Below the pieces are notes generated by a model that ran no database searches, was not told the origin of the DNA, and was given only the letters and a program-made list of their open reading frames with translations. Below, piece by piece: positions 15,001-30,000 of a stretch of DNA of 64,000 nt; positions within the stretch are counted from its first letter, which is position 1; the number at the start of each line of letters is the position of its first letter. The stretch is from contig OZ024760.1 in the NCBI GenBank assembly GCA_964016885.1, forward strand, positions 28,272,001-28,336,000, read 5' to 3'. The translations under genes were made by a program, and so were the position numbers. The DNA comes from Eledone cirrhosa. Lineage: Eukaryota.

Positions 15001-18000
15001 GCCATGCTGGGGTACTATCTTTACTGGTTTCAGTTATTAGACTGTGGCCATGCTGGGGTACTATCTTCACTGGTTTGAGTTATTAGACTGTGGCCATGCT
15101 GGGGTACTATCTTTACTGGTTTCAGTTATTAGACTGTGGCCATGCTGGGGTACTATCTTCACTGGTTTCAGTTATTAGACTGTGGCCATGCTGGGGTACT
15201 ATCTTCACTGGTTTCAGTTATTAGACTGTGGCCATGCTGGGGTACTATCTTTACTGGTTTCAGTTATTAGACTGTGGCCATGGTGGGGTACTATCTTCAC
15301 TGGTTTCAGTTATTAGACTGTGGCCATGCTAGGGTACTATCTTTACTGGTTTCAGTTATTAGACTGTGGCCATGCTGGGGTACTATCTTTACTGGTTTCA
15401 GTTATTAGACTGTGGCCATGCTGGGGTACTATCTTTACTGGTTTCAGTTATTAGACTGTCGCCATACTGGGGTACTATCTTCACTGGTTTGAGTTATTAG
15501 ACTGTAGCCATGCTGGGGTACTATCTTTACTGGTTTCAGTTATTAGACTGTGGCCATGCTGGGGTACTATCTTCACTGGTTTCAGTTATTAGACTGTGGC
15601 CATGCTGGGGTACTATCTTTACTGGTTTCAGTTATTAGACTGTGGCCATGCTGGGGTACTATCTTTACTGGTTTCAGTTATTAGACTGTGGCCATACTGG
15701 GGTACTATCTTCACTGGTTTGAGTTATTAGACTGTGGCCATGCTGGGGTACTATCTTCACTGGTTTCAGTTATTAGACTGTGGCCATGCTGGGGTACTAT
15801 CTTTACTGGTTTCAGTTATTAGACTGTGGCCATGCTGGGGTACTATCTTTACTGGTTTCAGTTATTAGACTGTGGCCATACTGGGGTACTATCTTCACTG
15901 GTTTGAGTTATTAGACTGTGGCCATGCTGGGGTACTATCTTTACTGGTTTCAGTTATTAGACTGTGGCCATGCAGGGGTACTATCTTCACTGGTTTCAGT
16001 TATTAGACTGTGGCCATGCTGGGGTACTATCTTTACTGGTTTCAGTTATTAGACTGTCGCCATGCTGGGGTACTATCTTTACTGGTTTGAGTTATTAGAC
16101 TGTGGCCATGCTGGGGTAATATCTTCACTGGTTTGAGTTATTAGACTGTGGCCATCCTGGGGTACTATCTTTACTGGTTTCAGTTATTAGACTGTGGCCA
16201 TGCTGGGGTACTATCTTTACTGGTTTCAGTTATTAGACTGTGGCCATGCTGGGGTACTATCTTCACTGGTTCGAGTTATTAGACTGTGGCCATGCTGGGG
16301 TACTATCTTTACTGGTTTCAGTTATTAGACTGTGGCCATGCTGGGGTACTATCTTCACTGGTTTGAGTTATTAGACTGTGGCCATCCCGGGGTACTATCT
16401 TTACTGGTTTCAGTTATTAGACTGTGGCCATGCTGGGGTACTATCTTTACTGGTTTCACTTATTAGACTGTGGCCATGCTGGGGTACTATCTTTACTGGT
16501 TTCAGTTATTATACTGTGGCCATGCTGGGGTACTATCTTTACTGGTTTCAGTTATTAGACTGTGGCCAAGCTGGGGTACTATCTTTACTGGTTTGAGTTA
16601 TTAGACTGTGGCCATGATGGGGTACCATCTTTACTGGTTTCAGTTATTAGACAGTGGCCATGCTGGTGTACTATCTTTACTGGTTTCAGTTATTAGACTG
16701 TGGCCATGCTGGGGTACTATCTTTACTGGTTTCAGTTATTAGACTGTGGCCATGCTGGGGTACTATCTTTACTGGTTTCAGTTATTAGACTGTAGCCATG
16801 CTGGGGTACTATCTTTACTGGTTTCAGTTAGTAGACTGTGGCCATCCTGGGGTACTATCTTTACTGGTTTCAGTTAGTAGACTGTGGCCATGCTGGGGTA
16901 CTATCTTTACTGGTTTCAGTTAGTAGACTGTGGCCATGCTGGGGTACTATCTTTACTAGTTTCAGTTATTAGACTGTGGCCATGCTGGGGTACTATCTTT
17001 ACTGGTTTCAGTTATTAGATTGTGGCCATGCTGGGGTACTATCTGTACTGGTTTCAGTTATTAGACTGTGGCCATGCTGGGGTACTATCTTTACTGGTTT
17101 CACTTATTTTACTGTGGCCATGCTGGGGTACTATCTTTACTGGTTTCAGTTATTAGACTGTCGCCATGCTGGGGTACTATCTTCACTGGTTTGAGTTATT
17201 AGACTGTCGCCATGCTGGGGTACTATCTTTACTGGTTTCAGTTATTAGACTGTGGCCATGCTGGGGTACTATCTTCACTGGTTTCAGTTATTAGACTGTG
17301 GCCATGCTGGGGTACTATCTTTACTGGTTTCAGTTATTAGACTGTGGCCATGCTGGGGTACTATCTTCACTGGTTTCAGTTATTAGACTGGCCATGCTGT
17401 GGTACTATCTTCACTGGTTTCAGTTATTAGACTGTGGCCATGCTGGGGTACTATCTTTACTGGTTTCAGTTATTAGACTGTGGCCATGCTGGGGTACTAT
17501 CTTTACTGGTTTCAGTTATTAGACTGTCGCCATGCTGGGGTACTATCTTCACTGGTTTGAGTTATTAGACTGTCGCCATGCTGGGGTACTATCTTTACTG
17601 GTTTCAGTTATTAGACTGTGGCCATGCTGGGGTACTATCTTCACTGGTTTCAGTTATTAGACTGTGGCCATGCTGGGGTACTATCTTTACTGGTTTCAGT
17701 TATTAGACTGTGGCCATGCTGGGGTACTATCTTCACTGGTTTCAGTTATTAGCCTGTGGCCATGCTGGGGTACTATCTTTACTGGTTTCAGTTATTAGAC
17801 AGTGGCCATGCTGGGGTACTATCTTTACTGGTTTCAGTTCTTAGAATGTGGCCATGCTGGGGTACTATCTTTACTGGTTTCAGTTATTAGACTGTGGCCA
17901 TGATGGGGTACTATCTTTACTGGTTTCAGTTATTAGACTGTGGCCATGCTGGGGTACTATCTTTACTGGTTTCAGTTATTAGACTGTGGCCATGCTGGGG

Positions 18001-21000
18001 TACTATCTTTACTGGTTTCAGTTATTAGACTGTGGCCATGCTGGGGTACTATCTTTACTGGTTTCAGTTATTAGACAGTGGCCATGCTGGGGTACTATCT
18101 TTACTGGTTTCAGTTCTTAGAATGTGGCCATGCTGGGGTACTATCTTTACTGGTTTCAGTTATTATCCTGTGGCCATGCTGGGGTACTATCTTTACTGGT
18201 TTCAGTTATTAGACAGTGGCCATGCTGGGGTACTATCTTTACTGGTTTCAGTTCTTAGAATGTGGCCATGCTGGGGTACTATCTTTACTGGTTTCAGTTA
18301 TTAGACTGTGGCCATGCTGGGGTACTATCTTTACTGGTTTCAGTTATTAGACTGTGGCCATGCTGGGGTACTATCTTTACTGGTTTCAGTTATTAGACTG
18401 TGGCCATGCTGGGGTACTATCTTTACTGGTTTCAGTTATTAGACTGTGGCCATGCTGGGGTACTATCTTTACTGGTTTCAGTTATTAGACTGTGGCCATG
18501 CTGGGGTACTATCTTTACTGGTTTCAGTTATTAGACTGTGGCCATGCTGGGGTACTATCTTTACTGGTTTCAGTTATTAGACTGTCGCCATGCTGGGGTA
18601 CTATCTTTACTGGTTTCAGTTATTAGACTGTGGCCATGCTGGGGTACTATCTTCACTGGTTTGAGTTATTAGACTGTCGCCATGCTGGGGTACTATCTTT
18701 ACTGGTTTCAGTTATTAGACTGTGGCCATGCTGGGGTACTATCTTTACTGGTTTCACTTATTAGACTGTCGCCATGCTGGGGTACTATCTTCACTGGTTT
18801 GAGTTATTAGACTGTCGACATGCTGGGGTACTATCTTTACTGGTTTCAGTTATTAGACTGTGGCCATGCTGGGGTACTATCTTCACTGGTTTCAGTTATT
18901 ATACTGTGGCCATGCTGGGGTACTATCTTTACTGGTTTCAGTTATTAGACAGTGGCCATGCTGGTGTACTATCTTTACTGGTTTCAGTTATTAGACAGTG
19001 GCCATGCTGGGGTACTATCTTTACTGGTTTCAGTTATTAGACAGTGGCCATGCTGGTGTACTATCTTTACTGGTTTCAGTTATTAGACAGTGGCCATGCT
19101 GGGGTACTATCTTTACTGGTTTCAGTTATTAGACTGTGGCCATGCTGGGGTACTATCTTCACTGGTTTCAGTTATTAGACTGTGGCCATGCTGGGGTACT
19201 ATCTTTACTGGTTTCAGTTATTAGACTGTCGCCATGCTGGGGTACTATCTTCACTGGTTTGAGTTATTAGACTGTCGACATGCTGGGGTACTATCTTTAC
19301 TGGTTTCAGTTATTAGACTGTGGCCATGCTGGGGTACTATCTTCACTGGTTTCAGTTATTATACTGTGGCCATGCTGGGGTACTATCTTTACTGGTTTCA
19401 GTTATTAGACAGTGGCCATGCTGGTGTACTATCTTTACTGGTTTCAGTTATTAGACAGTGGCCATGCTGGGGTACTATCTTTACTGGTTTCAGTTATTAG
19501 ACAGTGGCCATGCTGGTGTACTATCTTTACTGGTTTCAGTTATTAGACAGTGGCCATGCTGGTGTACTATCTTTACTGGTTTCAGTTATTAGACAGTGGC
19601 CATGCTGGGGTACCATCTTTACTGTTTTCAGTTATTAGACAGTGGCCATGCTGGTGTACTATCTTTACTGGTTTCAGTTATTAGACAGTGGCCATGCTGG
19701 GGTACTATCTTTACTGGTTTCAGTTATTAGATTGTGGCCATACTGGGTTACTATCTTTACTGGTTTCAGTTAGTAGACTGTGGCCATGCTGGGGTACTAT
19801 CTTTACTGGTTTCAGTTATTAGATTGTGGCCATACTGGGTTACTATCTTTACTGGTTTCAGTTAGTAGACTGTGGCCATGCTGGGGTACTATCTTTACTG
19901 GTTTCAGTTATTAGACTGTGGCCATGCTGGGGTACTATCTTTACTGGTTTCAGTTAGTAGACTGTGGCCATGCTGGGGTACTATCTTTACTAGTTTCATT
20001 TATTAGACTGTGGCCATGCTGGGGTACTATCTTTACTGGTTTCAGTTATTAGACTGTGGCCATGCTGGGGTACTATCTTTACTAGTTTCAGTTATTAGAC
20101 TGTGGCCATGCTGGGGTACTATCTTTACTAGTTTCAGTTATTAGACTGTGGCCATGCTGGGGTACTATCTTTACTTGTTTCAGTTATTAGACAGTGGCCA
20201 TGCTGGGGTACTATCTTTACTGGTTTCAGTTATTAGATTGTGGCCATGCTGGGGTACTATCTTTACTGGTTTCAGTTATTAGATTGTGGCCATGCTGGGG
20301 TACTATCTTTACTAGTTTCAGTTATTAGACTGTGGCCATGCTGGGGTACTATCTTTACTGGTTTCAGTTATTATACTGTGGCCATGCTGGGGTACTATCT
20401 TTACTGGTTTCAGTTATTAGACATTGGCCATGCTGGGGTACTTTCTTTACTGGTTTCACTTATTATACTGTGGCCATGCTGGGGTACTATCTTCACTGGT
20501 TTCAGTTATTAGACTGTGGCCATGCTGGGGTACTATCTTTACTGGTTTCAGTTATTATACTGTGGCCATGCTGGGGTACTATCTTTACTGGTTTCAGTTA
20601 TTAGACAGTGGCCATGCTGGGGTACTATCTTTACTGGTTTCAGTTATTATACTGTGGCCATGCTGGGGTACTATCTTTACTGGTTTCAGTTATTAGACAG
20701 TGGCCATGCTGGGGTACTATCTTTACTGGTTTCAGTTATTAGATTGTGGCCATGCTGGGGTACTATCTTTACTGGTTTCAGTTATTAGATTGTGGCCATG
20801 CTGGGGTACTATCTTTACTAGTTTCAGTTATTAGACTGTGGCCATGCTGGGGTACTATCTTTACTGGTTTCAGTTATTATACTGTGGCCATGCTGGGGTA
20901 CTATCTTTACTGGTTTCAGTTATTAGACATTGGCCATGCTGGGGTACTTTCTTTACTGGTTTCACTTATTATACTGTGGCCATGCTGGGGTACTATCTTC

Positions 21001-24000
21001 ACTGGTTTCAGTTATTAGACTGTGGCCATGCTGGGGTACTATCTTTACTGGTTTCTGTTATTATACTGTGGCCATGCTGGGGTACTATCTTTACAGGTTT
21101 CAGTTATTAGACTGTGGCCATGCTGGGGTACTATCTTTACTGGTTTCAGTTATTAGATTGTGGCCATACTGGGGTACTTTCTTTACTGGTTTCAGTTATT
21201 AGACTGTGGCCATGCTGGGGTACTATCTTTACTGGTTTCAGTTATTAGACTGTGGCCATGCTGGGGTACTATCTTTACTGGTTTCAGTTATTAGACTGTG
21301 GCCATGCTGGGGTACTATCTTTACTGGTTTCAGTTATTAGACTGTGGCCATGCTGGGGTACTATCTTTACTGGTTTCAGTTATTAGACTGTGGCCATGCT
21401 GGGGTACTTTCTTTACTGGTTTCAGTTATTAGACTGTGGCCATGCTGGGGTACTATCTTTACTGGTTTCAGTTATTAGACTGTGGCCATGCGGGGTACTA
21501 TCTTTACTGGTTTCAGTTATTAGACTGTGGCCATGCTGGGGTACTTTCTTTACTGGTTTCAGTTATTAGACAGTGGCCATGCTGGTGTACTATCTTTACT
21601 GGTTTCAGTTATTAGACAGTGGCCATGCTGGGGTACTATCTTTACTGGTTTCAGTTATTAGACAGTGGCCATACTGGGGTACTATCTTTACTGGTTTCAG
21701 TTATTAGACTGTGGCCATACTGGGGTACTATCTTTACTGGTTTCAGTTACTAGACTGTTGCCATGCTGGGGTACTATCTTTACTGGTTTCAGTTATTAGA
21801 CTGTGGCCATGCTGGGGTACTATCTTTACTGGTTTCAGTTATTAGACTGTGGCCATGCTGGGGTACTATCTTTACTGGTTTCAGTTATTAGACTGTGGCC
21901 ATGCTGGGGTACTATATTTACTAGTTTCAGTTATTAGACTGTGCCCATGCTGGGGTACTATCTTTACTGGTTTCAGTTATTAGATTGTGGCCAAGCTGGG
22001 GTACTATCTTTACTGGTTTCAGTTATTAGACTGTGGCCATGCTGGGGTACTATCTTTACTGGTTTCAGTTATTAGACTGTGGCCATGCAGGGGTACTATC
22101 TGTACTGGTTTCAGTTATTAGACTGTGGCCATGCTGGGGTACTATCTTTACTGGTTTCAGTTATTAGACTGTGGCCATGCTGGGGTACTATCTTTACTGG
22201 TTTCAGTTATTAGACTGTGGCCATGCTGGGGTACTATCTGTACTGGTTTCAGTTATTAGACTGTGGCCATGCTGGGGTACTATCTTCACTGGTTTCAGTT
22301 ATTAGATTGTGGCCATGCTGGGGTACTATCTGTACTGGTTTCAGTTATTAGACTGTCGCCATGCTGGGGTACTATCTTTACTGGTTTCAGTTATTAGACT
22401 GTGGCCATGCTGGGGTACTATCTTCACTGGTTTGAGTTATTAGACTGTCGCCATGCTGGGGTACTATCTTTACTGGTTTCAGTTATTAGACTGTGGCCAT
22501 GCTGGGGTACTCTCTTCACTGGTTTCAGTTATTAGACTGTGGCCATGCTGGGGTACTATCTTTACTGGTTTCAGTTATTAGACTGTCGCCATGCTGGGGT
22601 ACTATCTTCACTGGTTTGAGTTATTAGACTGTCGACATGCTGGGGTACTATCTTTACTGGTTTCAGTTATTAGACTGTGGCCATGCTGGGGTACTATCTT
22701 CACTGGTTTCAGTTATTATACTGTGGCCATGCTGGGGTACTATCTTTACTGGTTTCAGTTATTAGACAGTGGCCATGCTGGTGTACTATCTTTACTGGTT
22801 TCAGTTATTAGACAGTGGCCATGCTGGGGTACTATCTTTACTGGTTTCAGTTATTAGACAGTGGCCATGCTGGTGTACTATCTTTACTGGTTTCAGTTAT
22901 TAGACAGTGGCCATGCTGGGGTACTATCTTTACTGGTTTCAGTTATTAGACAGTGGCCATGCTGGTGTACTATCTTTACTGGTTTCAGTTATTAGACAGT
23001 GGCCATGCTGGTGTACTATCTTTACTGGTTTCAGTTATTAGACAGTGGCCATGCTGGGGTACCATCTTTACTGTTTTCAGTTATTAGACAGTGGCCATGC
23101 TGGTGTACTATCTTTACTGGTTTCAGTTATTAGACAGTGGCCATGCTGGGGTACTATCTTTACTGGTTTCAGTTATTAGATTGTGGCCATACTGGGTTAC
23201 TATCTTTACTGGTTTCAGTTAGTAGACTGTGGCCATGCTGGGGTACTATCTTTACTGGTTTCAGTTATTAGATTGTGGCCATACTGGGTTACTATCTTTA
23301 CTGGTTTCAGTTAGTAGACTGTGGCCATGCTGGGGTACTATCTTACTGGTTTCAGTTATTAGACTGTGGCCATGCTGGGGTACTATCTTTACTGGTTTCA
23401 GTTAGTAGACTGTGGCCATGCTGGGGTACTATCTTTACTAGTTTCATTTATTAGACTGTGGCCATGCTGGGGTACTATCTTTACTGGTTTCAGTTATTAG
23501 ACTGTGGCCATGCTGGGGTACTATCTTTACTGGTTTCAGTTATTAGACTGTGGCCATGCTGGGGTACTATCTTTACTAGTTTCAGTTATTAGACTGTGGC
23601 CATGCTGGGGTACTATCTTTACTGGTTTCAGTTATTAGACAGTGGCCATGCTGGGGTACTATCTTTACTGGTTTCAGTTATTAGATTGTGGCCATGCTGG
23701 GGTACTATCTTTACTGGTTTCAGTTATTAGATTGTGGCCATGCTGGGGTACTATCTTTACTAGTTTCAGTTATTAGACTGTGGCCATGCTGGGGTACTAT
23801 CTTTACTGGTTTCAGTTATTATACTGTGGCCATGCTGGGGTACTATCTTTACTGGTTTCAGTTATTAGACATTGGCCATGCTGGGGTACTTTCTTTACTG
23901 GTTTCACTTATTATACTGTGGCCATGCTGGGGTACTATCTTCACTGGTTTCAGTTATTAGACTGTGGCCATGCTGGGGTACTATCTTTACTGGTTTCAGT

Positions 24001-27000
24001 TATTATACTGTGGCCATGCTGGGGTACTATCTTTACTGGTTTCAGTTATTAGACAGTGGCCATGCTGGGGTACTATCTTTACTGGTTTCAGTTATTATAC
24101 TGTGGCCATGCTGGGGTACTATCTTTACTGGTTTCAGTTATTAGACAGTGGCCATGCTGGGGTACTATCTTTACTGGTTTCAGTTATTAGATTGTGGCCA
24201 TGCTGGGGTACTATCTTTACTGGTTTCAGTTATTAGATTGTGGCCATGCTGGGGTACTATCTTTACTAGTTTCAGTTATTAGACTGTGGCCATGCTGGGG
24301 TACTATCTTTACTGGTTTCAGTTATTATACTGTGGCCATGCTGGGGTACTATCTTTACTGGTTTCAGTTATTAGACATTGGCCATGCTGGGGTACTTTCT
24401 TTACTGGTTTCACTTATTATACTGTGGCCATGCTGGGGTACTATCTTCACTGGTTTCAGTTATTAGACTGTGGCCATGCTGGGGTACTATCTTTACTGGT
24501 TTCTGTTATTATACTGTGGCCATGCTGGGGTACTATCTTTACTGGTTTCAGTTATTAGACTGTGGCCATGCTGGGGTACTATCTTTACTGGTTTCAGTTA
24601 TTAGATTGTGGCCATACTGGGGTACTTTCTTTACTGGTTTCAGTTATTAGACTGTGGCCATGCTGGGGTACTATCTTTACTGGTTTCAGTTATTAGACTG
24701 TGGCCATGCTGGGGTACTATTTTACTGGTTTCAGTTATTAGACTGTGGCCATGCTGGGGTACTATCTTTACTGGTTTCAGTTATTAGACTGTGGCCATGC
24801 TGGGGTACTATCTTTACTGGTTTCAGTTATTAGACTGTGGCCATGCTGGGGTACTTTCTTTACTGGTTTCAGTTATTAGACTGTGGCCATGCTGGGGTAC
24901 TATCTTTACTGGTTTCAGTTATTAGACTGTGGCCATGCTGGGGTACTATCTTTACTGGTTTCAGTTATTAGACTGTGGCCATGCTGGGGTACTTTCTTTA
25001 CTGGTTTCAGTTATTAGACAGTGGCCATGCTGGTGTACTATCTTTACTGGTTTCAGTTATTAGACAGTGGCCATGCTGGGGTACTATCTTTACTGGTTTC
25101 AGTTATTAGACAGTGGCCATACTGGGGTCCTATCTTTACTGGTTTCAGTTATTAGACTGTGGCCATACTGGGGTACTATCTTTACTGGTTTCAGTTACTA
25201 GACTGTTGCCATGCTGGGGTACTATCTTTACTGGTTTCAGTTATTAGACTGTGGCCATGCTGGGGTACTATCTTTACTGGTTTCAGTTATTAGACTGTGG
25301 CCATGCTGGGGTACTATCTTTACTGGTTTCAGTTATTAGACTGTGGCCATGCTGGGGTACTATATTTACTAGTTTTAGTTATTAGACTGTGCCCATGCTG
25401 GGGTACTATCTTTACTGGTTTCAGTTATTAGATTGTGGCCAAGCTGGGGTACTATTTTTACTGGTTTCAGTTATTAGACTGTGGCCATGCTGGGGTACTA
25501 TCTTTACTGGTTTCAGTTATTAGACTGTGGCCATGCTGGGGTACTATCTGTACTGGTTTCAGTTATTAGACTGTGGCCATGCTGGGGTACTATCTTTACT
25601 GGTTTCAGTTATTAGACTGTGGCCATGCTGGGGTACTATCTTTACTGGTTTCAGTTATTAGACTGTGGCCATGCTGGGGTACTATCTGTACTGGTTTCAG
25701 TTATTAGACTGTGGCCATGCTGGGGTACTATCTTTACTGGTTTCAGTTATTAGATTGTGGCCATGCTGGGGTACTATCTGTACTGGTTTCAGTTATTAGA
25801 CTGTCGCCATGCTGGGGTACTATCTTTACTGGTTTCAGTTATTAGACTGTGGCCATGCTGGGGTACTATCTTTACTGGTTTCAGTTATTAGATTGTGGCC
25901 ATGCTGGGGTACTATCTGTACTGGTTTCAGTTATTAGACTGTGGCCATGCTGGGGTACTTTCTTTACTGGTTTCAGTTATTAGACTGTGGCCATGCTGGG
26001 GTACTATCTTTACTGGTTTCAGTTATTAGACTGTGGCCATGCTGGGGTACTATCTTTACTGGTTTCAGTTATTAGACTGTGGCCATGCTGGGGTACTTTC
26101 TTTACGGGTTTCAGTTATTAGACAGTGGCCATGCTGGTGTACTATCTTTACTGGTTTCAGTTATTAGACAGTGGCCATGCTGGGGTACTATCTTTACTGG
26201 TTTCAGTTATTAGACTGTGGCCATGCTGGGGTACTATCTTTACTGGTTTCAGTTATTAGACTGTGGCCATGCTGGGGTACTATCTGTACTGGTTTCAGTT
26301 ATTAGACTGTGGCCATGCTGGGGTACTATCTTTACTGGTTTCAGTTATTAGATTGTGGCCATGCTGGGGTACTATCTGTACTGGTTTCAGTTATTAGACT
26401 GTGGCCATGCTGGGGTACTATCTTTACTGGTTTCAGTTATTAGACTGTGGCCATGCTGGGGTACTATCTTCACTGGTTTGAGTTATTAGATTGTGGCCAT
26501 GCTGGGGTACTATCTTCACTGGTTTGAGTTATTAGATTGTGGCCATGCTGGGGTACTATCTTTACTGGTTTCAGTTATTAGACTGTGGCCATGCTGGGGT
26601 ACTATCTTTACTGGTTTCAGTTATTAGACTGTGGCCATGCTGGGGTACTTTCTTTACTGGTTTCAGTTATTAGACTGTGGCCATGCTGGGGTACTATCTT
26701 TACTGGTTTCAGTTATTAGACTGTGGCCATGCTGGGGTACTATCTTTACTGGTTTCAGTTATTAGACTGTGGCCATGCTGGGGTACTTTCTTTACTGGTT
26801 TCAGTTATTAGACAGTGGCCATGCTGGTGTACTATCTTTACTGGTTTCAGTTATTAGACAGTGGCCATGCTGGGGTACTATCTTTACTGGTTTCAGTTAT
26901 TAGACAGTGGCCATACTGGGGTACTATCTTTACTGGTTTCAGTTATTAGACTGTGGCCATACTGGGGTACTATCTTTACTGGTTTCAGTTACTAGACTGT

Positions 27001-30000
27001 TGCCATGCTGGGGTACTATCTTTACTGGTTTCAGTTATTAGACTGTGGCCATGCTGGGGTACTATCTTTACTGGTTTCAGTTATTAGACTGTGGCCATGC
27101 TGGGGTACTATCTTTACTGGTTTCAGTTATTAGACTGTGGCCATGCTGGGGTACTATATTTACTAGTTTCAGTTATTAGACTGTGCCCATGCTGGGGTAC
27201 TATCTTTACTGGTTTCAGTTATTAGATTGTGGCCAAGCTGGGGTACTATTTTTACTGGTTTCAGTTATTAGACTGTGGCCATGCTGGGGTACTATCTTTA
27301 CTGGTTTCAGTTATTAGACTGTGGCCATGCTGGGGTACTATCTGTACTGGTTTCAGTTATTAGACTGTGGCCATGCTGGGGTACTATCTTTACTGGTTTC
27401 AGTTATTAGACTGTGGCCATGCTGGGGTACTATCTTTACTGGTTTCAGTTATTAGACTGTGGCCATGCTGGGGTACTATCTGTACTGGTTTCAGTTATTA
27501 GACTGTGGCCATGCTGGGGTACTATCTTTACTGGTTTCAGTTATTAGATTGTGGCCATGCTGGGGTACTATCTGTACTGGTTTCAGTTATTAGACTGTCG
27601 CCATGCTGGGGTACTATCTTTACTGGTTTCAGTTATTAGACTGTGGCCATGCTGGGGTACTATCTTTACTGGTTTCAGTTATTAGATTGTGGCCATGCTG
27701 GGGTACTATCTGTACTGGTTTCAGTTATTAGACTGTCGCCATGCTGGGGTACTATCTTTACTGGTTTCAGTTATTAGACTGTGGCCATGCTGGGGTACTA
27801 TCTTTACTGGTTTCAGTTATTAGACTGTGGCCATGCTGGGGTACTATCTTTACTGGTTTCACTTATTTTACTGTGGCCAAGCTGGGTTACTATCTTTACT
27901 GGTTTCAGTTATTAGATTGTGGCCATGCTGGGGTACTATCTTTACTGGTTTCACTTATTTTACTGTGGCCAAGCTGGGTTACTATCTTTACTGGTTTCAG
28001 TTATTAGACTGTGGCCATGCTGGGGTACTATCTTTACTGGTTTCAGTTATTAGATTGTGGCCATGCTGGGGTACTATCTTCACTGGTTTCAGTTATTAGA
28101 CTGTGGCCAAGCTGGGGTACTATCTTTACTGGTTTCACTTATTTTACTGTGGCCATGCTGGGGTACTATTGTTACAGGTTTCAGTTATTAGACTGTGGCC
28201 ATGCTGGGGTACTTTCTTTACTGGTTTCACTTATTTTACTGTGGCCATGCCGGGGTACTATCTTTACTGGTTTCAGTTATTAGACTGTGGCCATGCTGGG
28301 GTACTTTCTTTACTGGTTTCACTTATTTTACTGTGGACATGCTGGGGTACTATCTTTACTGGTTTCAGTTATTAGACTGTGGCCATGCTGGGGTATTATC
28401 TTTACTAGTTTCAGTTATTAGATTGTGGCCATGCTGGGGTACTTTCTTTACTGGTTTCACTTATTTTACTGTGGCCATGCTGGGGTACTATCTTTACTGG
28501 TTTCAGTTATTAGACTGTGGCCATGCTGGGGTACTATCTTTACTGGTTTCAGTTATTAGACTGTGGCCATGCTGGGGTACTATCTTTACTGGTTTCAGTT
28601 ATTAGATTGTGGCCATGCTGGGGTACTATCTTTACTAGTTTCAGTTATTAGACTGTGGCCATGCTGGGGTACTATCTTTACTGGTTTCAGTTATTATACT
28701 GTGGCCATGCTGGGGTACTATCTTTACTGGTTTCAGTTATTAGACATTGGCCATGCTGGGGTACTTTCTTTACTGGTTTCACTTATTATACTGTGGCCAT
28801 GCTGGGGTACTATCTTCACTGGTTTCAGTTATTAGACTGTGGCCATGCTGGGGTACTATCTTTACTGGTTTCAGTTATTATACTGTGGCCATGCTGGGGT
28901 ACTATCTTTACTGGTTTCAGTTATTAGACAGTGGCCATGCTGGGGTACTATCTTTACTGGTTTCAGTTATTATACTGTGGCCATGCTGGGGTACTATCTT
29001 TACTGGTTTCAGTTATTAGACAGTGGCCATGCTGGGGTACTATCTTTACTGGTTTCAGTTATTAGATTGTGGCCATGCTGGGGTACTATCTTTACTGGTT
29101 TCAGTTATTAGATTGTGGCCATGCTGGGGTACTATCTTTACTAGTTTCAGTTATTAGACTGTGGCCATGCTGGGGTACTATCTTTACTGGTTTCAGTTAT
29201 TATACTGTGGCCATGCTGGGGTACTATCTTTACTGGTTTCAGTTATTAGACATTGGCCATGCTGGGGTACTTTCTTTACTGGTTTCACTTATTATACTGT
29301 GGCCATGCTGGGGTACTATCTTCACTGGTTTCAGTTATTAGACTGTGGCCATGCTGGGGTACTATCTTTACTGGTTTCTGTTATTATACTGTGGCCATGC
29401 TGGGGTACTATCTTTACTGGTTTCAGTTATTAGACTGTGGCCATGCTGGGGTACTATCTTTACTGGTTTCAGTTATTAGATTGTGACCATACTGGGGTAC
29501 TTTCTTTACTGGTTTCAGTTATTAGACTGTGGCCATGCTGGGGTACTATCTTTACTGGTTTCAGTTATTAGACTGTGGCCATGCTGGGGTACTATCTTTA
29601 CTGGTTTCAGTTATTAGACTGTGGCCATGCTGGGGTACTATCTTTACTGGTTTCAGTTATTAGACTGTGGCCATGCTGGGGTACTATCTTTACTGGTTTC
29701 AGTTATTAGACTGTGGCCATGCTGGGGTACTTTCTTTACTGGTTTCAGTTATTAGACTGTGGCCATGCTGGGGTACTATCTTTACTGGTTTCAGTTATTA
29801 GACTGTGGCCATGCTGGGGTACTATCTTTACTGGTTTCAGTTATTAGACTGTGGCCATGCTGGGGTACTTTCTTTACTGGTTTCAGTTATTAGACAGTGG
29901 CCATGCTGGTGTACTATCTTTACTGGTTTCAGTTATTAGACAGTGGCCATGCTGGGGTACTATCTTTACTGGTTTCAGTTATTAGACAGTGGCCATACTG